Virus record (IMG/VR): IMGVR_UViG_3300017917_002434
Location: 186,001 to 250,000 of that record
Direction: 5' to 3' (one strand)
Length of the DNA: 64,000 nucleotides
Shown here in pieces: positions 10,701 to 19,092 of the stretch. The first letter of the stretch is position 1; each line of letters opens with the position of its first letter. A program made the translations under genes and the position numbers. A model generated the notes under the pieces. It worked only from the letters and a program-made list of their open reading frames with translations, searched no databases and was not told where the DNA came from.

Positions 10701-13700
10701 GTGTTTGGATTACTACAAGATCGTGTTATGTACAGAACGTAACTACATTCGGTACTGCCTGTATTGGTGCTAAGATCGATGGTGATCTACATGCCGGCGG
10801 TAATAAATCTATCGTTGCCAACGACTTTACACAGGTCCTCTCAGACGGAATCGGTGTATGGTGTACTAATCTCGGAAGAACAGAACTTGTTTCTGTATTC
10901 TCATACTACGGACATATTGGTTATCTAGCAGAAGACGGCGGTAAGATACGTGCTACTAACGGTAACAGCTCCTACGGTACATTTGGTTGTGTTGCTGAAG
11001 GCGTTGATGCTACAGAAACACCTATCACAGGCATAGTCAATAACAGATACGAAGAAGCACTGATTACTAAGGTTTTAACTAATACACAACAAGTCCTTCG
11101 TGTTGAATATCAAAATGCTGGTATTGATTATACCGCAGGTACATTTACATTCAACGGTCCAGGTACGTCATTTACCACAGTCGGTGATGAAAGAAGAGAC
11201 GGCGGAATTTTTGAAGTAAGACTGTTAGATAATGATGACAGTTCCGGACAATTTGGAGGACTTGACTATCTAAGTTCAGAAAACGTAGCACAGGCAGGTA
11301 CAACTACATCGATCACCTTAGCCGCTACAGACGACCAAACCAGTACTGCCTATATCGGTATGCGTATCTATATTCAATCAGGTGCTGGCGTAGGACAATA
11401 CGGGTATATTAATACCTATAACGCAGGATCTAAAGTAGCTGGCGTGTTTAAAGAATCAACAGGTACCGCAGGTTGGGACCATGTCGTACCAGGAACTACA
11501 ATAGTATCTCCTGATCCTTCATCATTGTATATAATCGAACCAAGAGTTACAGTAGCAGCACCGACAGAAAGTTCACCTGCTGTTACAGGTGGTCCCGCAG
11601 GCGGATCCTCAGATGCGGTCTATGCTAACGTAAGACAGACATTTACAGGTCTGTCAGCATCGGGCGGATCAGGAACTGGAGCAACATTTAACGTAACTAG
11701 AAGCGGTGAAACTTATACTGTTACATTAAATCAAGCAGGACAAAATTATACGAACGGAAATACCTTAACTATTCTTGGCACAGCGGTAGGCGGTGCTACA
11801 CCAGCCAACGATATCAGGATCAAAGTAGAAACTGTTGATTCTACTCCCGGATTGGTTGTAGGAGAAATATTAACATTTAGACACGAAGGCAAAGGACGCG
11901 GCGGTAATTTCGTACTGCTTCCAGTCGCATCTAGCAACGTCGGTTATTTTTCTACCAACGGTACAAGTTGGTCAACATCTACATTGCCAGCGACTGCTGT
12001 TTGGACATCTTTAGCAACAGGCGATATTAGCAATGTATCATATGTGGTAGCACTGGGTTCTACAGGAACTACAACTGCTGCTTATAGTATTGATGGTGGA
12101 GCAACATGGACCGGATCAAACTTACCCCAGACTAGTGCTGTAACTTCTGTAGCTTTTGGCGGGGGTAGATTTGTTGCCGTAAGATCAGATTCTGCTACGC
12201 CCTTAGTATCTACAAATGGTACTACATGGGCTAACGGTGCTAATCCTCTCCCAGGAGCAACTAATTGGCAGAGTATTACCTACGGAAAAGGTAGATTCTT
12301 TGCTGTGGCCACAGGCGGTACAGCATCTGCTTACAGCCTAGATGGAATTACCTGGACTGCTGCCGCACTACCATCATCGTCAACATGGAACAGCATAGCA
12401 TTTGGAAATAATATATTTGTAGCATTATCTGTAGCAGGTGTGCTGGCTATAAGCAATAACGGGACCAGCTGGACCGCAGTTTCCGGAACCATAACCGCTG
12501 ACGAAGTTGGATACGGACAAGGAACATTTGTTGCTACCAGCAATGGTACCGCAGCAGCACACTGGGATTCACAAGACGGATTGACTTGGACTCAAGGAAC
12601 TGCGACATTTGCTGCCACAGGAAGACCGGTATTTGGTAATCCTAATAGATCTCCATTGTGGGTGATTCCTCTCTCAGCTGCTACTCCTCAAGCACTAGTT
12701 ACAGGTACTAGAGCCTATGTACGTTGTAGAATCGCTGATACTAAGATAGTAGAATTCAGGGTAGTTGAGCCAGGTAGCGGTTACAGTTCTGTAACACCGC
12801 CGACATTGACTATTACAGATCCTAACAATACCTACGAAGCACCGTATACTGTGCGTGTCGGTAACGGTGTATTAGCTAATCCAACATTTGTTACCAGGGG
12901 TGCCGATTGGGAAGTCGCTACAGGAACCGTAGTCGGTGACGGTTACGCAGATATTTTCCAGAATGGCAATTACGTAGACGTCAGAGATCTGTATTCTATA
13001 CCAGTACCAGGTTCAAACGTTGAATTTTCAACATTGCCTGGACAGTTTTACAAACTGGTTACTGTGACACAGTTACTAGGTACAGGGCCTTACACAGCTA
13101 GATTACAGGTAAGTCCTCCGATAGAGATTCCTGAAGCTATGCCGCACGAGGATACTTTTGAAATTAGGATCCGTTATTCACAGGTTCGACTAACTGGTCA
13201 TGATTTCTTAGATATAGGAACAGGCAATTTTACCAGCACTAACTATCCAAATTTACCTTTAATAGATCCGATACCCGCCAACGAAACAGTAGAAAGCAAC
13301 GGCGGTCGTGTGTTCTATACATCAACTGACCAAGATGGCAACTTCCGAGTTGGTGGGTTGTTTACAGTTGAACAAAGTACGGGTACTGCTACACTGAACG
13401 CAGATGCGTTTAATATCGCAGGCCTACAAGAGCTCAGTTTGGGCTCGGTAGAATTGGGCACAGGGGGTGCTACAATCACTGAATTCTCAACGGATCCGTT
13501 CTTTACACAGAATTCAGATTCAGTTATACCTACGCAGAGAGCTATTAAAGCCTACATCAGTTCACAAATTGGTTCAGGCTCTAGTACGTTGAACGTAAAT
13601 ACTCTCACAGCAGGTCAGATATTTGTAGCTAATGACTTCATTACTACTACCACAGGGGGCAGAATCAACGTTCTAGCTCCGATGAATTTCATAGGTGGTA

Positions 13701-13744
13701 TTAATGGAGTGCCGGTGGCTATGAACTTATTTTTACATAGTTAA
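7745..13744 (+). CDS. Giant tail fibre/spike protein (1999 aa), paralogue of 2060..7702 with two inserted CxRD helical domains
   Basis: Same 8 CBM-like repeats; shared blocks 'GGNKSIVANDFTQ', 'YSQVRLTGHDFL.IGTGNFT', 'GGRVFYTSTDQDGNFRVG', 'PTQRAIK'. Confidence 0.75.
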   Translation: MAEFKLGRIRFIWKGEWAAGTSYLKDDVVRVNGKVYICVIGHTADSNFYVDANNVPARWNQASDGQSWRGDWTVDTEYFVNDIVKYGGQLYICLVGHTSSANINDGLEVDLDLGDSTQTKWDQFAEGFDWKGDWTTSTRYKLNDIVKYGGNTYLCNLGHISAPTAAMGLEGLDRVTSGQKADIDKWDQFSEAFDWKGPWTPSTRYKINDVVSFGGTTYVCNEGHPAAATFALGLEADQGKWDYFNQGIEYLGAWDADAQNYKVNDLVKNGNGVYICLQKHTSSLSRTFEQDEDSGYWAQFLEGLQFEDSWNTSTIYQPGDIVTYGGYAYVATTNHSNIKPTQAVTGAQNWDLFTTAFKFQQDWSGVTAYKVGDVVRLSGYTYVAIADNTNFKPPNLTYWEQLNPGIRWLGAWANGYGYVLGDAVRYGPNSYICVLAHTSATATNRPDVDISGTFWNLLANGQESSVLTTQGDIVYYGGAGPTRLPIGSDGQVLVVNNAAAPEWKYWGEVDQLYYVSLEGTDEPAPTYGITLDKPWRTVRYAADQIEKGTRNPEAAYLLEINRQFVQRETVQWINYQITNNIAPFVSSFSYNTTKCERDVGLIIDALLWDIRHGGNVRSRQAAVEYVTNASTFYGLGQKEETVAAINYAVDTLINTCVLLNTAPATNYQVTNSVPVNDRILQIINTNYVAEDSSFTEITNLKTLINTAISGGALVNVGAEVKPQRTILVKTGVFFETLPIIVPVDTAVVGDELRSTNIRPATSQIDPTDVPKSVAALVWLASVLEAVVTGVTFSKTTTGSNPNTLTQSQTKPFADSSVGNVVNLVVQNAYTYITDTLIIGGPSGITFVGTNTPVSDYDTYAAVRQLELNREFIVAEIHAYIADTYPAYTYSLAACARDINEYIDAAKYDLIYPGNYRTLTAAKWYVNGVTGSVTENMFLVRNSTGVRNMTVQGLTGTLTGPNSYGTYRPTAGAYVSLDPGWGPNDQRVWITTRSCYVQNVTTFGTACIGAKIDGDLHAGGNKSIVANDFTQVLSDGIGVWCTNLGRTELVSVFSYYGHIGYLAEDGGKIRATNGNSSYGTFGCVAEGVDATETPITGIVNNRYEEALITKVLTNTQQVLRVEYQNAGIDYTAGTFTFNGPGTSFTTVGDERRDGGIFEVRLLDNDDSSGQFGGLDYLSSENVAQAGTTTSITLAATDDQTSTAYIGMRIYIQSGAGVGQYGYINTYNAGSKVAGVFKESTGTAGWDHVVPGTTIVSPDPSSLYIIEPRVTVAAPTESSPAVTGGPAGGSSDAVYANVRQTFTGLSASGGSGTGATFNVTRSGETYTVTLNQAGQNYTNGNTLTILGTAVGGATPANDIRIKVETVDSTPGLVVGEILTFRHEGKGRGGNFVLLPVASSNVGYFSTNGTSWSTSTLPATAVWTSLATGDISNVSYVVALGSTGTTTAAYSIDGGATWTGSNLPQTSAVTSVAFGGGRFVAVRSDSATPLVSTNGTTWANGANPLPGATNWQSITYGKGRFFAVATGGTASAYSLDGITWTAAALPSSSTWNSIAFGNNIFVALSVAGVLAISNNGTSWTAVSGTITADEVGYGQGTFVATSNGTAAAHWDSQDGLTWTQGTATFAATGRPVFGNPNRSPLWVIPLSAATPQALVTGTRAYVRCRIADTKIVEFRVVEPGSGYSSVTPPTLTITDPNNTYEAPYTVRVGNGVLANPTFVTRGADWEVATGTVVGDGYADIFQNGNYVDVRDLYSIPVPGSNVEFSTLPGQFYKLVTVTQLLGTGPYTARLQVSPPIEIPEAMPHEDTFEIRIRYSQVRLTGHDFLDIGTGNFTSTNYPNLPLIDPIPANETVESNGGRVFYTSTDQDGNFRVGGLFTVEQSTGTATLNADAFNIAGLQELSLGSVELGTGGATITEFSTDPFFTQNSDSVIPTQRAIKAYISSQIGSGSSTLNVNTLTAGQIFVANDFITTTTGGRINVLAPMNFIGGINGVPVAMNLFLHS

Positions 13745-13757
13745 TGGAGAATTTTAA

Positions 13758-14078
13758 ATGCCAACAGGAAGATTAGGGGCTAGTGATGTCGCAGCAGCTT
13801 CAAATACCACAGTTTACACTGTGCCCTCAGATACTTTTTCGGTAGTTACACTGTCGATCTGTAATAGAGGAAATCAAGCGGTTGCTGTCAGAGTAGCGGT
13901 TTCTGCGGCTGCAACGCCTACAGCAGCAGAATGGATCGAATATGACACAGAAGTATTAGGCAAGGGTGTTTTAGAACGTACAGGTATTGTTATGGACGCA
14001 GGTAGATTGCTAGTAGTATATTCTAGCGGTGCTAACGTCAGTGCAGTAGCGTTCGGTATAGAAACACCAACAGCATAA
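13758..14078 (+). CDS. Small virion structural/adaptor protein (106 aa)
   Basis: GGAG SD; 'TTVYTVP....VVTLSICNR...VRVA' pattern of small T4-like fibre-associated proteins. Confidence 0.55.
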   Translation: MPTGRLGASDVAAASNTTVYTVPSDTFSVVTLSICNRGNQAVAVRVAVSAAATPTAAEWIEYDTEVLGKGVLERTGIVMDAGRLLVVYSSGANVSAVAFGIETPTA

Positions 14079-14081
14079 ATA
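14076..14081 (+). promoter_or_regulatory. Late promoter core (TAAATA)
   Basis: caTAAATA overlapping the upstream stop codon; AGGGG SD then ATG 14102. Confidence 0.55.
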
Positions 14082-14101
14082 TACATTGACAGGGGATTTA
14101 C

Positions 14102-14434
14102 ATGGGACGATATATCACAACAACGGGCACAGCGAATAATGTTATTCGTGAAGTTTCTTCAGCCTTTAACGCTTCAGTCAATGATCGAATTTTAGCCAAC
14201 AGTTCGGGGGGTGCTTTTACTATCACTCTACCTAACATAGCTACATTATTGCTCAACGATACGATACAGATTATCGACATCGGTGGTGTAGCAGCAACAA
14301 ATAATATCACAGTTGCTAGAAATGGTTCTAAAATCCAAAACATCAACGACGATTTAACTATCGACGTTAATGGATCGATCATTACTCTAGTTTACACTGG
14401 CACGACCTATGGCTGGGTAGTAGCATCAGCTTAA
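14102..14434 (+). CDS. Stand-alone gp34-like proximal tail fibre repeat domain protein (110 aa)
   Basis: 'ANSSGGAFTITLP....NDTIQIIDIGG.AATNNITVARNGSKI....DLTI......TLVY.....GW' matches the repeat seen in T4 gp34-like fibres. Confidence 0.6.
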   Translation: MGRYITTTGTANNVIREVSSAFNASVNDRILANSSGGAFTITLPNIATLLLNDTIQIIDIGGVAATNNITVARNGSKIQNINDDLTIDVNGSIITLVYTGTTYGWVVASA

Positions 14435-14455
14435 TGAAACGACACAGGAAGGAAC

Positions 14456-15424
14456 ATGCCTACATCATTTAGAAATTTAGTACAGATCAAAGGAGATGCT
14501 GTTTACGCTACAGAAGAACATCTAGAGCGTGGCAGGATCTGGGTCTATACTCCAGGCAATAACTATACCAACTACCAGATATGTTGGCGTGCTCCGGCGA
14601 GAGGTACTGCCGTTATAGAAATATGGGGTGCCGGAGGATCCGGTGCTCGTATGTGCTGCTGCGGGGGCGGACTTCCTGGTAACGCAGGTGCTTATGCGAA
14701 AAGAACTATCAGAGTAGAACCAAATTGTTATATCTGCGGAGCAGTAGGATTTAGCTGCGGTAACGCAGATGCTATCTGTTTTAGAGGCTGCTCAGATCCA
14801 ACTGGTGTAACATGGACAGGTAACTGCGGTGCTTCGGGCTGTATGTGTGCCCAAGGTGGTGCCGGCGGACGTTCATTCTGTACTACAGGCACATCACTTT
14901 ATTGTTGTTTCGCAGCTAACGGCTATTGTGCTCGTGGACCGTACAATGATAACTGTGGTACGATCTGTAACTACTTTGGTGGAATATGGATCGCCTGTGC
15001 CTATGGCGGAGACATCAATCGCTGCGGCGGATTTAGTTGTACAGCATTTTTAGGCTGTCAAGGTCCTTGTATCTGTTCATATACATACCACGTAGCAACA
15101 CCACCGGGATATGTTTCCAAGTGCGGCGGAGTCGTAGTATTTGGAACAGAAAACAATAACGAATTTTCAAACTGGTCAGGGCAAGGTGCCCACCAGCATC
15201 AATCAGCACTGAACGCACAGTCTCGACAACCAACACACGGCGTCCCATGGTCGTATTGCTGGGGATTTGGTGGAGGCTGCGGCTGTTACGAGAACGAAGG
15301 ATGCTATCCTAGCGTTGGACCTGGATATCCAGGTACACCACCGAATCCGTGTCCTGAAGTCAGAGATCACGGACGCCGGGGCGGTCACGGTGCTATCAGA
15401 ATTAGATTTATAGAGGGACAATAA
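14456..15424 (+). CDS. Cys/Gly-rich fibre-associated protein, paralogue 1 (322 aa, 30 Cys)
   Basis: Gly-rich phage tail domain frame 'IEIWGAGGSG...GN.GAY.K.TI' ... 'GG.GAIRIRF' with a CCC motif; Cys counted by hand. Confidence 0.65.
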   Translation: MPTSFRNLVQIKGDAVYATEEHLERGRIWVYTPGNNYTNYQICWRAPARGTAVIEIWGAGGSGARMCCCGGGLPGNAGAYAKRTIRVEPNCYICGAVGFSCGNADAICFRGCSDPTGVTWTGNCGASGCMCAQGGAGGRSFCTTGTSLYCCFAANGYCARGPYNDNCGTICNYFGGIWIACAYGGDINRCGGFSCTAFLGCQGPCICSYTYHVATPPGYVSKCGGVVVFGTENNNEFSNWSGQGAHQHQSALNAQSRQPTHGVPWSYCWGFGGGCGCYENEGCYPSVGPGYPGTPPNPCPEVRDHGRRGGHGAIRIRFIEGQ

Positions 15425-15425
15425 G

Positions 15426-16421
15426 ATGCCAACATCATTTAAAGGTCTCGTTCAAGCAAAGTTGCCCTTTATCGCGTTTGAAGAAGAAAACTTAGAGCAA
15501 GGACGTATTTGGGCCTATACACACGGTAATGTTCGTACTAAGATGTGCGGTGAAGTGTGTTGGATCGCACCCGCTAACGGTGTGGCTACTATCGAGATCT
15601 GGGGTGCTGGCGGAAGTGGTGCTAAAATGTGCTGCTGTGGCGGCGGTATTCCGGGAAATCCAGGTGCGTATTCACGAAGAACTATATGTGTAGCTACAGG
15701 ATGTTTAATCACAGGGACTATTGGTTTTAGTTGCGGTAACTCGAACGATCTATGCTTCCGAGGCTGCTCCGAACCAACTGGAGTATGCTGGCGTTCGACT
15801 ACAACCAACGGCTGTATGTGTGCCCAAGGCGGTCGTGGAGGCACTACATATTGTTCTACAGGAACTTCCTTATATTGCTGTTTTACTGCTGCTGGTTTTT
15901 GTTCGACTGGTCCTTTTAATGCTAACTGCGGAATTATATGTAATTTTGGAACCGGTACTGCTTCATGCTGTGCTGAGGGGTTCGGTGGAGACGTTAATGT
16001 CCGAGGCGGATTCAGCCGTGCTACTTTCTTTGGTTGTACTCCTAGCTGTCCTTGTTCAACGATTTACCACGTGGCAACACCACCGGGTTATTATTCAGAC
16101 TGCGGTGCTGAAATAACATATACTAATGAGAGCGATAGTGGACATTCAAGCTGGAGTGGTATGGCGTTAAACGGATTCCTTTATGGACTTAACGTAGCAG
16201 GCCGCCAACCAGGACGAGGTGTTGACGCTGCTCACTCATGCTGGACCGGCGGTAGAACCTGCGGATGTTACGATGGACAAGGATGTATTCCTTTTGTTCC
16301 GCCAGGATTTCCAGGATTACCGGCGTTTCCTTGCCCAGATGTTCGAGATCATGCTTTCCGAGGTGGACACGGTGCTATCCGCATTCGATTCGTACAAGAC
16401 GGTACAGTAAGAGATTTATAA
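15426..16421 (+). CDS. Cys/Gly-rich fibre-associated protein, paralogue 2 (331 aa, 30 Cys)
   Basis: Same MPTSF start and WGAGGSGA.MCCCGGG, CFRGCS.PTGV, YHVA.P.G, CP.VRDH motifs. Confidence 0.65.
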   Translation: MPTSFKGLVQAKLPFIAFEEENLEQGRIWAYTHGNVRTKMCGEVCWIAPANGVATIEIWGAGGSGAKMCCCGGGIPGNPGAYSRRTICVATGCLITGTIGFSCGNSNDLCFRGCSEPTGVCWRSTTTNGCMCAQGGRGGTTYCSTGTSLYCCFTAAGFCSTGPFNANCGIICNFGTGTASCCAEGFGGDVNVRGGFSRATFFGCTPSCPCSTIYHVATPPGYYSDCGAEITYTNESDSGHSSWSGMALNGFLYGLNVAGRQPGRGVDAAHSCWTGGRTCGCYDGQGCIPFVPPGFPGLPAFPCPDVRDHAFRGGHGAIRIRFVQDGTVRDL

Positions 16422-16432
16422 GAGATAATATA

Positions 16433-17401
16433 ATGCCTACATCGTTTCAAAATTTAGTAAGATCTAGAACAACTGGTCGAGTAGAGGAAAACCTAGAAAC
16501 AGGTAGAATCTATGTGTTTACTCCCGGTACTATGTATACCAATTTCTGTAACGGATTTTGCTGGAATCCTCCGGCGACAGGAAGAGCAGTAATTGAGGTA
16601 TGGGGTGCTGGTGGGTCTGGAGCACAGATGTGCTGCTGCGGTGGAGGTACTCCAGGTAATGCAGGTGCGTATTCAAAGAAAACTATTTGTGTTAGCACCA
16701 ACGACTTTGTAAGAGGTAGTATTGGTAACAGTTGTGGTAATAGTTCTGCTTTATGTTTCCGTGGATGTTCAGATCCTACAGGAGTATGTTGGACTCAATG
16801 TGCTGCTACTCAAAACGGTTGTATCTGCTCTCAAGGCGGAGCAGGCGGCCGCGGTATGTGTTCCACAGGAACTTCATTGTTCTGTTGCTTTGTAAACCAA
16901 AGTCATTGCTTTACAGGACCATTTAACGATAACTGCGGCATTATCTGTAATTACTTCAACGGTATATGGATTGCCTGTGCGTTCGGCGGTGATGTCAACT
17001 GCTGCGGACACTTTAGTTGCTCAGTATTTTTCGGCTGTCAACCACAATGCCCATGTTGCTTCCAATATCACGTAGCTTCGCCGGCAGGATTTTATAGTTG
17101 TGGACCATACAACGTAGCAGCATTTGGTGCTGAGGACGATAATAGACACAGTAACTGGTCCGGTCAACCATTAATGCAAGAAACTAGTGCGTTCTCAGCA
17201 ATGCGTAGATCACCAACAGCAGGTATTCCGATGAATTATTGCTGGAGATCAGATAGAAAATGCGGATGCTACGAGATGCAGGGTTGTATACATTACGCAC
17301 CACCAGCAACGGGCGGATATCCAACAAGCCCATGTCCAGGTGTTCGCGATCATGCTGGTCGTGGAGGCTGGGGTGCTGTTAGAATTAGATTCTTTACATA
17401 A
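16433..17401 (+). CDS. Cys/Gly-rich fibre-associated protein, paralogue 3 (322 aa, 33 Cys)
   Basis: Start moved from 16265 to the ATG at 16433 because MPTSF matches the N-termini of both paralogues and removes the overlap. Confidence 0.65.
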   Translation: MPTSFQNLVRSRTTGRVEENLETGRIYVFTPGTMYTNFCNGFCWNPPATGRAVIEVWGAGGSGAQMCCCGGGTPGNAGAYSKKTICVSTNDFVRGSIGNSCGNSSALCFRGCSDPTGVCWTQCAATQNGCICSQGGAGGRGMCSTGTSLFCCFVNQSHCFTGPFNDNCGIICNYFNGIWIACAFGGDVNCCGHFSCSVFFGCQPQCPCCFQYHVASPAGFYSCGPYNVAAFGAEDDNRHSNWSGQPLMQETSAFSAMRRSPTAGIPMNYCWRSDRKCGCYEMQGCIHYAPPATGGYPTSPCPGVRDHAGRGGWGAVRIRFFT

Positions 17402-17404
17402 ATA
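17399..17404 (+). promoter_or_regulatory. Late promoter core (TAAATA)
   Basis: caTAAATA over the stop codon; GAGG SD before ATG 17421. Confidence 0.55.
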
Positions 17405-17420
17405 GTGTTAGAGGAAGATT

Positions 17421-18068
17421 ATGAGAAAAAATTTTACATTTTTATTACCAGATGAGCCATATAAAAATACCACAGCTCTAAACAAGGTACAGAATGCGGT
17501 CTATACTGGACCTCGTTATCTTGCTATCTGTGTTATCGATGCTACGGGTGAAATCAAGTATGTTGCTAGACGAGGCGAAAGTTTAGCTGAAATCAATTTC
17601 GAGTCGCTAGTTGATGATGACCCAGCAACAACATTTTATCTAATCGATGCCAGCGAACATCCATTTGCCGCAGCTTACTTGTTACATACTTATGAAACAG
17701 GCGATGTCCCTGATTATTCGGTAGATTTAGTCGATGCTGACGGCAACGAATGGAATTATACATATCATTACGACGACGGTACTGGTTCTATTGGACAATG
17801 TTTTTATGGACAGAGTCTAAAATACATTAACAATCAGTTCGTAGGACCAGAATACAGATTACACGCTATTACCAAAGAAAGTCTTATCCAAAATTATAAA
17901 AATATCGCTGTAGCGATCGAACAAAGTTTACAGGTTAATGACTATACAGATGCCGATCGCGAAGCTCTAACAGAGCATGTAGCATGGCTACGTGATCTAG
18001 AGAGAAGATACGCAGGTATCGATCATTGGAAAATTCCATTTCCAAATAATGTTCCAACAATGATTTAA
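17421..18068 (+). CDS. Hypothetical protein (215 aa), possible tail-fibre assembly chaperone
   Basis: Follows the Cys-rich trio; C-terminal 'EAL..H.AWLRDL....W..PFP' resembles the '(Y/W)RQ.LRDL...FP' end of phage tail assembly chaperones (weak). Confidence 0.4.
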   Translation: MRKNFTFLLPDEPYKNTTALNKVQNAVYTGPRYLAICVIDATGEIKYVARRGESLAEINFESLVDDDPATTFYLIDASEHPFAAAYLLHTYETGDVPDYSVDLVDADGNEWNYTYHYDDGTGSIGQCFYGQSLKYINNQFVGPEYRLHAITKESLIQNYKNIAVAIEQSLQVNDYTDADREALTEHVAWLRDLERRYAGIDHWKIPFPNNVPTMI

Positions 18069-18069
18069 A

Positions 18070-18148
18070 AAACTCTTGAACCAAGACTAGGTTCTGTGTT
18101 ATTATTGTAGTGATACATAGTAAGACAGAACCTATTTTCTTGGAGTTT
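18070..18148 (+). promoter_or_regulatory. Long hairpin covering the SD of the GT9 gene, with an overlapping sigma70-like promoter (TTGAAC 18076, TGn-TATTAT 18100)
   Basis: Arms ccaaga/tcttgg, taggttctgt/acagaaccta (10 bp perfect), ttatta/tagtaa, tgta/taca closing a GTGA loop; GGAG at 18142-18145 lies in the 3' arm. Confidence 0.6.
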
Positions 18149-18150
18149 AA

Positions 18151-19092
18151 ATGGAACAACGCTCTAAAGCATTTTTTCTAAACGGCGGAGCAGGCCGTAT
18201 GATTTGTGCTATCCCTGCTTTTGAAAAATACGAACAAGAGTCTGGCGATAAAGACTTTATTATCATCTGCGAAGGCGGAACAGATGTATTCAAAGGACAC
18301 CCGACCCTTGATGCTAGAACCTATGATATCTGGCACAAACACCTTTTTAAAGAAAAGATCAAAGATCGAGATATCGTAAGTCCGGAACCTTATCGCATCT
18401 GGGAATACTATAACCAGAAATGTTCTATAGCACAGGCGTTCGATATCGAAATTAACAGAAAAGGTATTCGGAGCCTTCCCAAACCTACATTAATCTTAAG
18501 CAAGGATGAATTGCTTACTGGTCGCAAACTTATCAACGATGTTAAAAAACAACTAAAAAAGAATAAAATAGTTATCTTCCAACCGTTTGGTAGAGGTATT
18601 CAAGTTATCGATGATACCCCTATAGATTCAACTAGCCGTAGTATTGAATTTAAAGATGTAAAGGCTTTAATCAAAAAATTACAAGAAAAAGATTTTGGTG
18701 TAGTTTTAATGAGTGAGTTTAAGATAGATTTTACTGATGAAAAATTCAAAGATGAAATCGCTATGCCAGAAAATGTAACTATGCGTCAGTGGGCCGCAAT
18801 TATCAAATATGCTGATCATTTTTTAGGCTGCGACAGTTTAGGGCAACATCTAGCATATTGTGTAGATAAACCTGCTACAGTGTTGTTCGGATCAACATAT
18901 CCTATTAATGTGTCGTATCCAGATTGTAAATCATTTACTATCCTAGACATGGGTGAAGATTTACGTGAATATAGTCCTATCAGAATTACCATGGATGAAC
19001 GCATTGATAGAAAACACGAACCTATAATGACAATGACTCCAGAAATACAAAATTACGTTGTAGAAGCCGTACAAGGGAAACATAAAAAATGA
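18151..19092 (+). CDS. Glycosyltransferase family 9 (ADP-heptose heptosyltransferase-like)
   Basis: N-terminal 'GGAGRMICAIPA' and C-terminal GT9 signature 'WAAIIKYADHFLGCDSLGQHLAYCVDKPATVLFGST.P' (cf. DSG..HLA.A...P...LFG.T). Confidence 0.7.
   Translation: MEQRSKAFFLNGGAGRMICAIPAFEKYEQESGDKDFIIICEGGTDVFKGHPTLDARTYDIWHKHLFKEKIKDRDIVSPEPYRIWEYYNQKCSIAQAFDIEINRKGIRSLPKPTLILSKDELLTGRKLINDVKKQLKKNKIVIFQPFGRGIQVIDDTPIDSTSRSIEFKDVKALIKKLQEKDFGVVLMSEFKIDFTDEKFKDEIAMPENVTMRQWAAIIKYADHFLGCDSLGQHLAYCVDKPATVLFGSTYPINVSYPDCKSFTILDMGEDLREYSPIRITMDERIDRKHEPIMTMTPEIQNYVVEAVQGKHKK

Noticed and set aside
7211-13355. Near-identical DNA blocks as a possible diversity-generating retroelement TR/VR pair
   Set aside because: Differences are synonymous and not adenine-specific, both copies are inside paralogous CDSs, and no reverse transcriptase is in the window.
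16265-16432. 56-aa N-terminal extension of the third Cys-rich ORF overlapping paralogue 2 (possible frameshift fusion)
   Set aside because: The ATG at 16433 gives the same MPTSF start and length as the paralogues; no slippery site noticed.
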